64,000 nucleotides of DNA, from the NCBI GenBank assembly GCA_965207115.1, contig CBDBLR010000003.1:224563-288562 (forward strand). The letters run 5' to 3'. Position 1 is the stretch's first letter; every line of letters starts with the position of its first letter. The notes beneath the pieces are model-generated. The model saw only the letters and a program-made list of their open reading frames with translations. It did not search any database and was not told the DNA's origin. Shown here in pieces: positions 35,817 to 43,172 of this stretch. Made by a program: the position numbers and the translations under genes. The DNA comes from Dehalococcoidia bacterium (lineage in GTDB: Bacteria > Chloroflexota > Dehalococcoidia > UBA6926).

Positions 35817-36093
35817 CGTGACCGTCAATGAGGCCCTGTTCAGCCTCCCACACCACGTCAATTGGCGACACGATGTCACCGATAATGCGTATTTTGTCTC
35901 GATCCGCGCCAAACCACGTCAGCGGTGTTTGCTTCTCCGTGGGTGTTAGCTTGGCGACGGGTTTGCCGTTCTTGGTGATGATGATTTCCTCGCCGGACTC
36001 CGCCACCTCGTCCATGAGCTTGAGGCACGTTGCCTTAAACTCAGAGGCCTTGATGGTGCGCGGGTTGCCGGGCGTTCCTGCCGGTGTCGTCAT
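35803..36093 (-). CDS. Phd/YefM-type antitoxin
   Basis: IKASEFKATCLKLMDEVAESGEEIIITKNGKPVAKL. Lies upstream of, and overlaps, the PIN toxin gene. Confidence 0.75.
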   Translation of the reverse strand: MTTPAGTPGNPRTIKASEFKATCLKLMDEVAESGEEIIITKNGKPVAKLTPTEKQTPLTWFGADRDKIRIIGDIVSPIDVVWEAEQGLIDGHDAPP

Positions 36094-36129
36094 TTCTGAA
36101 TCTCCCTCACCAATGGATTAGTGGCAATG

Positions 36130-36153
36130 TGACCATAGTCATGACCATGGTCA
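36130..36153. promoter_or_regulatory. Tandem 12-bp palindromes; probable toxin-antitoxin operator
   Basis: TGACCATAGTCA (36130-36141) is immediately followed by the perfect palindrome TGACCATGGTCA (36142-36153), 37-60 nt upstream of the antitoxin ATG. Confidence 0.6.
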
Positions 36154-36343
36154 TATTCTAATGAATCGACGTTGGTCTGTCATTTTCGTCCTGGCTGGAA
36201 TGACGAACGCACAGAGGTAACTAACCGACATTCATCTGCAAGGCAGTTGACACGTTACGTCTTGAGGAGTATACCGTCCGTGTAGAGCGGGTCGGGGACC
36301 CGAAAGGGATGGCAAAGTTGCCCGGCCTGCGAAGGAGGGCGAC

Positions 36344-36712
36344 ATGTTTGGAAGCCTTCATATCGGGGCGGTTCTTCTGCAAGGAGCACCCCTCATCTTC
36401 AATGTACCGGCGGGCTCCAGACGCGAGCCCGGTCCGCCTCCGGCAAAGCCTTCACACCACAGTGCCGAAGAGAGTCTGGAACGCCCCACGGATGTGTCCG
36501 CTCTTGCGCTCTTCAGGGATACCGGCATCGCAAGCGCTCCGCCTGCCGCCCACAACGTGCGCAGGAACTCCGAGCGTGATGCGCCGCAGGAGTCGATCAT
36601 GGGCGAATCCGTCGACGATGAGTACATTCCCTGGGAGGATGAGGTGCTGCCGGCGTGGCTGGAGCCCCCGGCCCCGCAACTCTACACGCTCACCGGCCTT
36701 GAGCTGAACTGA
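36344..36712 (+). CDS. Hypothetical protein, 122 aa; weakly supported
   Basis: Open frame with an acidic C-terminus, followed 8 nt later by a 15-bp hairpin. No recognisable motif, and competing ORFs exist in other frames. Confidence 0.3.
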   Translation: MFGSLHIGAVLLQGAPLIFNVPAGSRREPGPPPAKPSHHSAEESLERPTDVSALALFRDTGIASAPPAAHNVRRNSERDAPQESIMGESVDDEYIPWEDEVLPAWLEPPAPQLYTLTGLELN

Positions 36713-36720
36713 GATCAGCG

Positions 36721-36754
36721 CCCGCCGCGTGACCCACAAGGGTCACGCGGCGGG
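36721..36754 (+). other. Perfect 15-bp stem-loop (CCCGCCGCGTGACCC-acaa-GGGTCACGCGGCGGG)
   Basis: Read directly in the sequence, followed by TAGGCGGATTTTG. Lies between the hypothetical ORF and the EEP gene start. Confidence 0.6.
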
Positions 36755-36800
36755 TAGGCGGATTTTGCCCGCAGGTGACTGCGTGGCCTACGATTCGCGC

Positions 36801-37529
36801 ATGGTTCGGGTGGTGAATTGGAATGTACAGTGGGCAACGCCGCGATCGGTTCGCACGCCGGAGATTCTTCGACGTATCGACGCGCTCGCGCCCGAGATCG
36901 TCTGTCTGACCGAGACGCATGACCAACTCCTGTCACGGGACGGCTACTCGATCAGCGCGCAGGCCGACTATGGCTATGGCGACAAGGGAGCCCGCCGCAA
37001 GGTATTGCTATGGTCGAAACATCCATGGCGAAGCGTTGACGATCTTGGACATGAATCGCTGACGCCAGGCAGATTCATCTCCGGGATTACCCAAACGTCC
37101 ATCGGCGAAGTCGTGGTGATGGGAATCTGTATTCCCTGGTTCGGTTCACGCACGGAGGCGCGCCGCGACGCAGAGCGCAGGGAACGCTGGGAAGACCATC
37201 AACAGTACCTCGCCGCGCTGACCAACATTCTTGCCGAGCAGCCCGTCAGACCTACCATCATCATGGGCGATTTCAACCAGGTCATCGGACAGGGAGCTCG
37301 CGCCCCTGTCCACCTAAGAGGGGCTCTCAAAGACGCCTTCTCAACGAACCTAAAGATCGTGACAGCAGACGTCTCATTTGAGGGGCGCAGAAACATCGAC
37401 CACATCGCTCTGAGCGCGGACCTGACCTGCGAAACCGTGGAGCCAATCAGCAACATCCACCATGACAAGAAACTCTCAGACCACTACGGGATTGTTGCCA
37501 CGGTGTCTGCTGTACCATCAAACGCATGA
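36801..37529 (+). CDS. Endonuclease/exonuclease/phosphatase (EEP) family protein
   Basis: VVNWNVQWA...IVCLTETH...IIMGDFNQ...NIDHIALS...SDHYGIVA. I prefer the ATG at 36801; the track ORF starts at 36729. Confidence 0.8.
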   Translation: MVRVVNWNVQWATPRSVRTPEILRRIDALAPEIVCLTETHDQLLSRDGYSISAQADYGYGDKGARRKVLLWSKHPWRSVDDLGHESLTPGRFISGITQTSIGEVVVMGICIPWFGSRTEARRDAERRERWEDHQQYLAALTNILAEQPVRPTIIMGDFNQVIGQGARAPVHLRGALKDAFSTNLKIVTADVSFEGRRNIDHIALSADLTCETVEPISNIHHDKKLSDHYGIVATVSAVPSNA

Positions 37530-37539
37530 TTAGCGTTTA

Positions 37540-37869
37540 TTGGCGCCACACAGAATGACCATCCCAACCGCACAAGATTGGCTAGCCGTGTTTGAGGCGG
37601 TGCCGTCTTTGGCGCAGGACTCGTCGCTGTTGGAGCATGTGCGGCAGCGGTTTCATGGCAAGTACCTGGAAACGATTATGCGGGCGCGCAACGAGATGGC
37701 GGAGGATCGCGCGTGGGAGGGGTTCTACTTCTGGATGGTCTTTCCGGAGACGAATCGCAAGCCGTTTGAGATACCGCCCGAGGAGGCCGGCGCGTTGTTG
37801 GAGTCGCTGAAACCGCTTGTGGCGCGGCTACGAGAGGGTCTGCGGGAGCAGCACTCTAGCCAAGCTTGA
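37540..37869 (+). CDS. Hypothetical protein, about 105-109 aa
   Basis: Open frame with plausible composition and no recognisable motif. Its 3' end overlaps the ffh stop region convergently. Confidence 0.45.
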   Translation: MAPHRMTIPTAQDWLAVFEAVPSLAQDSSLLEHVRQRFHGKYLETIMRARNEMAEDRAWEGFYFWMVFPETNRKPFEIPPEEAGALLESLKPLVARLREGLREQHSSQA

Positions 37870-39187
37870 ACGGCAGGCCGCGGATCTTCTTGCCGGATGA
37901 TAGCTGCCGCATCATCTTGCGCATCTCGCCGAACTGATTGAGCAGCCTGTTCACGTCCGCCGTCTGCGTGCCGCTGCCACGAGCAATTCGCTTGCGGCGA
38001 CTGCCACCGATGATCTCCGGCCTCTGCCGTTCCTCGGGAGTCATGGACAGCACGATTGCTTCCACTCGCTTGATCTGTTTCTCATCGAATGCGTCTGCGG
38101 ACACCTTGCCCTTCATCTGGGAGAAGCCCGGCACCAGGTCGAGAACCTGCGACATGCCGCCCATGCTGCGCAGTTGGTTCATCTGGTCCAGGAAATCGTT
38201 GAGGTCGAAGCTTGCCGTTCGAAGCTTGCGCTCTATCTCCTGCGCTTTTTCTTCGTCGATGGTCTGCTGCGCCTTCTCAACGAGCGTTACGACATCGCCC
38301 ATGCCGAGGATGCGGCCCGCCAGCCTGTCCGGGTGGAACGGCTCCAGCGCGTCCATGCGCTCACCGACGCCGATGTACATGACGGGCAGGCCGGTGACGG
38401 ACGTGATGGACAGAGCCGCGCCGCCACGCGCGTCGCCGTCCATCTTGGTGAGCACGAGGCCCGTCAGCGGCACTTGGCGATGGAACTCTTCAGCGGCGTT
38501 CACGGCGTCCTGGCCGGTCATCGCATCGACAACGAGGAGCACTTCGGCGGGATTCAATGCCTTGCGGACGTCCGCAAGCTCTTTCATCAACTCATCATCG
38601 ACCTGCAGTCGTCCGCCGGTGTCGAAGATATGCCAGTGCGCGTTGGCGTCACGGGCGGCCGCCAGAGACGATTTGGCGACGGCGACGGCGTTCGAGTTGC
38701 CGGGCTCCGCGTGGACGGGCACACTGATCTGCTTGCCGAGCGCGGTCAGTTGTTCGATGGCGGCGGGACGGCGTACGTCGCCCGCGCCGAGCGAGACGGC
38801 CTGCCCTTGTTGCACGAGGTTGGACGCGAGTTTGGCAGCGGTCGTTGTCTTGCCTGAGCCTTGAAGGCCAACGAGAAGTATCGTGGCGGGGCGGTTGTTG
38901 CCCGCTTCGAGATTCCGATGCTCCTTACCGAGGACCTCCGTCAATTCCTCCTGGACGATCTTGATGATCTGCTGGACAGGAGTGACGGACTGGAGGACTT
39001 CATTGCCGACGGCGCGGTCGCGGATGGACTGTTGTAGGTCGCGTACCACGCGCAGGTTGACGTCGGCTTCAAGGAGCGCCCGGCGCACCTCGCGCAGTGC
39101 ATCTTCAACGTCCGCTTCGGTGATGCGCCCACGGCCGGAGAGTTTATTGAATACGCCGGTGAGCCGATCAGTTAGTGCTTCAAACAT
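37856..39187 (-). CDS. ffh: Signal recognition particle protein
   Basis: LLVGLQGSGKTTT, DTGGRL, TKMDGDARGGAALS, and a Met-rich M domain. Confidence 0.97.
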   Translation of the reverse strand: MFEALTDRLTGVFNKLSGRGRITEADVEDALREVRRALLEADVNLRVVRDLQQSIRDRAVGNEVLQSVTPVQQIIKIVQEELTEVLGKEHRNLEAGNNRPATILLVGLQGSGKTTTAAKLASNLVQQGQAVSLGAGDVRRPAAIEQLTALGKQISVPVHAEPGNSNAVAVAKSSLAAARDANAHWHIFDTGGRLQVDDELMKELADVRKALNPAEVLLVVDAMTGQDAVNAAEEFHRQVPLTGLVLTKMDGDARGGAALSITSVTGLPVMYIGVGERMDALEPFHPDRLAGRILGMGDVVTLVEKAQQTIDEEKAQEIERKLRTASFDLNDFLDQMNQLRSMGGMSQVLDLVPGFSQMKGKVSADAFDEKQIKRVEAIVLSMTPEERQRPEIIGGSRRKRIARGSGTQTADVNRLLNQFGEMRKMMRQLSSGKKIRGLPFKLG

Positions 39188-39284
39188 GGTTCCTTAAGTG
39201 TAACGGGTGGAGAGGTGCCCACGCCGAAACGCGGCGGACCAACTCCATGAAGAACGCAAGCCGAATCGCGGACTTTAAAACAAA

Positions 39285-39359
39285 TGGAGCGGGCGATGGG
39301 GATCGAACCCACGACATTCTGCTTGGGAAGCAGACACTCTACCACTGAGTTACGCCCGC
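39285..39359 (-). tRNA. tRNA-Gly (anticodon CCC), CCA encoded
   Basis: GCGGGCGTAACTCAGTGGTAGAGT..., anticodon stem TCTGC/GCAGA with loop TTCCCAA, T-loop TTCGATC, 75 nt. Confidence 0.95.
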
Positions 39360-39584
39360 TCGGCTGAGCGCGCCGCCCCTTAGGCGGCAGTGCAAAACTA
39401 TGTATGCGCTCACCAGGGTGAGTTGTCAAGAAATTTTGGAGTTCGCGATCAGACGTGGTGTATGAAGGAAAGGAGTCGCCGCGTTCCGGCGCGAGGGTTG
39501 ATTGGCAATGGTTGCTCGCTTTGGGGAGTGGGCACATGATGGATTAGGTATTCGATTGAACGCGGCGCCTGGGGGTTCAGAGCG

Positions 39585-40802
39585 GTGAATGCGGAAACGT
39601 TCAACAGCTTGCTGTCGAGAAGGGGCGGCCTGCAACACCCGTGGAGCAGCGTTGCGCCCGCGCCCGAGGGAACAATCAGCTTTGGCGCCGGTGTGCCTGA
39701 CCCGGAAACGCTGCCGCTGGAGCAGTTAGATGAGGCGGCACGGGCTGTTATTGCGGAAGAGGGAATTGCGGCGCTCCAATATGGCTCGTCGATGGGTGAC
39801 ATCGCCCTGCGAGAGCAAATCGCGGAACGGGTCATGAGGCTGCATGGGGTCGAGACACCACCGGAGAACGTTGTCATCACGACGGGCGCATCGCAGGCAC
39901 TGGATATCGTCTGCGCCACGTTCATCGATCCCGGCGATGTTGTGATCACGGAGAACCCGACGTTCACCGGCTCGCTGTGGACGTTCCGGGCGCATGGCGC
40001 GCGGCTCGTGCCGGTTTCGTCCGGCCCGAACGGACTGGACATCGATGAGCTGGAACAGACTCTCTCAGACCTGCGCGCGGCGGGTGACCGCCCCAAGCTG
40101 ATCTATCTCACGCCAGACTTTCAGAATCCCACCGGCGCGCAGATGCCGACCATGTTGCGCAGGCGGCTGGTGGAACTTGCCGTGAACGCAGGCTGCCTGG
40201 TTGTCGAGGACGCGGCGTATGCAGAGGTGGGCATCGACGGCATTGATGCGCCGTCATTGCTGTCTCTTGCGCCGGAGCAGACGGTGCAGGTGGGCACGTT
40301 CAGCAAGGTGATCGGCCCCGGGCTGAGAATCGGCTGGCTAACCGGTTCACCTCCCGCCGTTCAGCAAGCGGCGGCCAACCGCACAGATATGGGGACGAGC
40401 GTGACGCTCTCGCGGATGTTGGCGCGATTCATTGCCAATGGAGAACTTGATCCGCATCTCAATCGAGTGCGTGAGGTATATCGGAGCAAACGTGTCGCGT
40501 TCCGTCTTGCGGCACGGGAGAACCTTGGCCCTATGATGCAGTGGACCACCCCGGCGGGGGGATTCTTCTTCTGGCTTGAGGCGAACGAGAAGTTGGACGT
40601 GTCGCGACTGTGGGAACTGGCGCGTGAGGAGCGCGTGTCCTTCGCGCCGGGGTTCCGATTCTTCGCGGAAGACGAGCCGCCCATGCGCCACATGCGGTTC
40701 GCGTTCAGCGAGGTGTCCATAGACAACATTGGCGAAGGGCTGAGACGCCTTGGCCGCGCTGTGGAACGACTCGAGGACGAAAGCCGGGGGCGGTTGTTCT
40801 AA
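39585..40802 (+). CDS. PLP-dependent class I/II aminotransferase (2-aminoadipate/aromatic type)
   Basis: YGSSMG, NPTG, the FSKVIGPGLRIGW lysine motif, and a C-terminal RFAF. GTG start. Confidence 0.85.
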   Translation: MNAETFNSLLSRRGGLQHPWSSVAPAPEGTISFGAGVPDPETLPLEQLDEAARAVIAEEGIAALQYGSSMGDIALREQIAERVMRLHGVETPPENVVITTGASQALDIVCATFIDPGDVVITENPTFTGSLWTFRAHGARLVPVSSGPNGLDIDELEQTLSDLRAAGDRPKLIYLTPDFQNPTGAQMPTMLRRRLVELAVNAGCLVVEDAAYAEVGIDGIDAPSLLSLAPEQTVQVGTFSKVIGPGLRIGWLTGSPPAVQQAAANRTDMGTSVTLSRMLARFIANGELDPHLNRVREVYRSKRVAFRLAARENLGPMMQWTTPAGGFFFWLEANEKLDVSRLWELAREERVSFAPGFRFFAEDEPPMRHMRFAFSEVSIDNIGEGLRRLGRAVERLEDESRGRLF

Positions 40803-40936
40803 GTGAGGTCTGCCAGGCGACTTTGCCATGCAATTGCTATCGTGACTATCCTTAAGTGGACAGATGATAAGAGGGTTCGGTCAGCGACTGGGCATGTCAC
40901 AGAGATTCCGTGACCGAGGGACGCAGGAGAGAAGAA

Positions 40937-41641
40937 ATGAATGGTGATCGAGCATCGGGTTTCTACGAGATTCCCGAGGCTGCTCGATTTCTGCGCGCAT
41001 ATTTCTCAGCGCAATTTGCGGAAGAGGATGTCCTTGCAAATGTGACGTCGATTAAGTTGGGGCGCTGGGTTCGGGCGGGGTTGGCAGGACCGGGCAATAC
41101 TGAGAGGGTGGACCGAAAGCTGTGGATCACCTTTTATCAGCTTGTTTCCTTGCAGATTGTCGCCGCGCTCCGTGGTAAACGCTTGTCGATGCAGAAGATT
41201 CGTCGTGCTCAGGAGTGGATGCGTGACTATACAGGCCACCCTGTACCATTCGCTACTGAGGATGTATGGACTGATCGGAACAATATTTTCGCGGAAATGC
41301 GGGGAGATATGGCAGCCGTTGACCGCGGCGGCCAATTGGCTTTCGCATACGTACGTGAGCGCCTGATCAAGGTGCCGCGACTTACGTTTGATGAGGCAGG
41401 TGTTGTAGCCACTTGGGAACCGATAGACGGAGTACTTGTCGATCCGAATATCCAATTCGGCGCACCCTGCATCAAGGGAACACGCATCCAGACTTGGGTT
41501 CTCTCTAACCTAGCCCGGTACGGCGAATCGGAGGAATCGATTAAGGAAGACTACGGTGTTACACGGGCCGATATTGAAGCAGCCATGGAATGGGAGGCCC
41601 TGACCACTGGCCAATCTATCGACTTTCCAGTTCCTGCTTGA
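40937..41641 (+). CDS. HTH plus DUF433 protein; VapB45-like putative antitoxin
   Basis: C-terminal DPNIQFGAPCIKGTRIQTWVL...GESEESIKEDYGVTRADIEAAMEW is DUF433-like. I prefer the ATG at 40937 behind AGGAG; the track GTG is at 40910. Confidence 0.75.
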   Translation: MNGDRASGFYEIPEAARFLRAYFSAQFAEEDVLANVTSIKLGRWVRAGLAGPGNTERVDRKLWITFYQLVSLQIVAALRGKRLSMQKIRRAQEWMRDYTGHPVPFATEDVWTDRNNIFAEMRGDMAAVDRGGQLAFAYVRERLIKVPRLTFDEAGVVATWEPIDGVLVDPNIQFGAPCIKGTRIQTWVLSNLARYGESEESIKEDYGVTRADIEAAMEWEALTTGQSIDFPVPA

Positions 41642-42044
41642 TGAGAACCTGAGTCCCGAGGCCGCTCGTTTCCTAAGGCGAGTTGGATATGGCATCACCC
41701 ATGTGAAGTCCGAGTCTTTGGGTGCGGGTGCCACTGACCAGGAAATCATTGAATGGTGTGGGCAAAATAACCGCGTATGGATTACAGCGGATCGCTCAGC
41801 ACGAACTGAACACGCCGCGGAGATTCTTGCTGCGGGCATTAGGGTCGTATGGCTAAGCCAGCCGCCTAACAACCATCCACTGAGACGTGCTGGCACTTTG
41901 AGAGTCTTAGCGTATCAACTTCCCCGTATTGTCGATAGATTCTACGATTATGATGACCATCTATATTACCGGATTGATTTCATTGGGGATCCGCTGTTTG
42001 ATGGATTTCGCCTTAGGCGCACGTCAGTTCAGGCGTCTGTCTAG
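41607..42044 (+). CDS. DUF5615 (Mut7-C/PIN-like) protein; VapC45-like putative toxin; proposed CTG start
   Basis: FLLDENLSPEAARFLRRVGYGITHV...ATDQEIIEWCGQNNRVWITADRS. The conserved N-terminus lies upstream of the first canonical start (GTG at 41703). CTG at 41607 sits 9 nt behind GGGAGG. Confidence 0.65.
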   Translation: MANLSTFQFLLDENLSPEAARFLRRVGYGITHVKSESLGAGATDQEIIEWCGQNNRVWITADRSARTEHAAEILAAGIRVVWLSQPPNNHPLRRAGTLRVLAYQLPRIVDRFYDYDDHLYYRIDFIGDPLFDGFRLRRTSVQASV

Positions 42045-42871
42045 CCTGCCAGCCGGCGCGCCGTGGTGATGAAGCCTGTGTGGGCGACCATGCGGTGGGC
42101 AGGGCGGAGGGTCTGCGGCCCCGCGTCCCACTGACGCAGCGCAATCTCAAACTGATCGATCAGGTCGAATACAGGGTCGGCATCCAGTTGCTGCCAAAGT
42201 CTGTGTAGCTGCAAGGTCGTTGGGACAAAGGCCAAAAAGATTCCGCCCGGTCGCATCGCCTCCTGCGCATGAGGAATGACCCGCGACGGCTCCGGCAGGT
42301 CTAAAACGACTCGATCCACGTCGTTTTCCTGGATGCCGTCCGTGTAGATGTCAGATACGTGGACTGTGAGTCTATTGGCTGATTCAGCAGGCAGGAATTC
42401 GGAGACGTTTCCCTGAGCAAGCGCGGCAAAGTCCTCACGGTTTTCATAGGAATAGACGCGGCCGGATTCGCCGACGGCCTGGAGCAGCGCGATGGTCAAC
42501 GCGCCGGAGCCTATGCCGGCCTCAACGACTCGGGCCCCGGGACGGATGTCCGCATGTGTGAGGATCGCGCCGATGTCCTTGGGGTAGATCGGCGTCGCGC
42601 CGCGCTTCATCGTCAGGATGTAGTCGCCCAATGTGGGGCGAATGGCGAGATACACGCCGCCCTTCTGAGCGGTTCTGAACTCGCTGCCCTCCGGCCGGCC
42701 AATCATGTCGTCGTGCTGAATGATGCCGGCGTGGGAATGAAACTCACCACCATCTTGTAGCGTGATCAGGTACTTGCGGCGCTTGCGGTCGATGAGCAGC
42801 ACAAGGTCACCGGCCTGGAACGCGCCGGCAGTCATCTCAGGTTCTTTAGAGTCGGTGCTCACTATGTGCAT
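42041..42871 (-). CDS. trmI: tRNA (adenine-N1)-methyltransferase (TrmI/GCD14 family)
   Basis: FQAGDLVLLIDRKRRKYLITL...FHSHAGII..., then the SAM-binding VVEAGIGSGALT. Confidence 0.85.
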   Translation of the reverse strand: MHIVSTDSKEPEMTAGAFQAGDLVLLIDRKRRKYLITLQDGGEFHSHAGIIQHDDMIGRPEGSEFRTAQKGGVYLAIRPTLGDYILTMKRGATPIYPKDIGAILTHADIRPGARVVEAGIGSGALTIALLQAVGESGRVYSYENREDFAALAQGNVSEFLPAESANRLTVHVSDIYTDGIQENDVDRVVLDLPEPSRVIPHAQEAMRPGGIFLAFVPTTLQLHRLWQQLDADPVFDLIDQFEIALRQWDAGPQTLRPAHRMVAHTGFITTARRLAG

Positions 42872-42895
42872 CCAGGGATTTAAGGCAAAGAAAAA

Positions 42896-43016
42896 GCCCC
42901 GGCAACGACCTATTTTCCACAGAGGGCTGCCCCTCCAGTATCGTCGGCGCTGAAACGTTTCACTTCCGTGTTCGGGATGGGAACGGGTGGGTCCGCTTCG
43001 CCAGAGTCACCGGGAC
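42896..43016 (-). rRNA. rrf: 5S ribosomal RNA, stand-alone
   Basis: The minus strand reads ...CCCACCCGTTCCCATCCCGAACACGGAAGTGAAACGTTTCAGCGCCGACGATACTGG...TAGGTCGTTGCCGGGGC, matching the bacterial 5S consensus core. Helix I pairs GUCCCGGUGAC with GUCGUUGCCGGGGC. A U-run follows. Confidence 0.9.
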
Positions 43017-43172
43017 AGGAACGATTGTACAGCATCATTAGCGTGTGGGATAGGGCTGGGACGTTTGGCGTGTCGATAGCTGGCCATGTATGATTGGCCG
43101 AAAGCTCAGCGATAGGAACAAGGGACACCGGCGGCTTGGCCATGGCCGCCCGCCGGACGCACTCCCACGGGG

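Noticed and set aside
39398-39430. Sigma-70-like promoter for tRNA-Gly (TTGACA, then 18-19 nt, then ATACAT/TACATA on the minus strand).
   Set aside because: It is plausible, but the spacing is ambiguous and there is no independent support. It is left out of the feature list.
42041-42044. Convergent DUF5615 and trmI genes share a palindromic CTAG, so their stop codons overlap.
   Set aside because: This is real in the sequence but a trivial consequence of tight packing. No functional claim is warranted.
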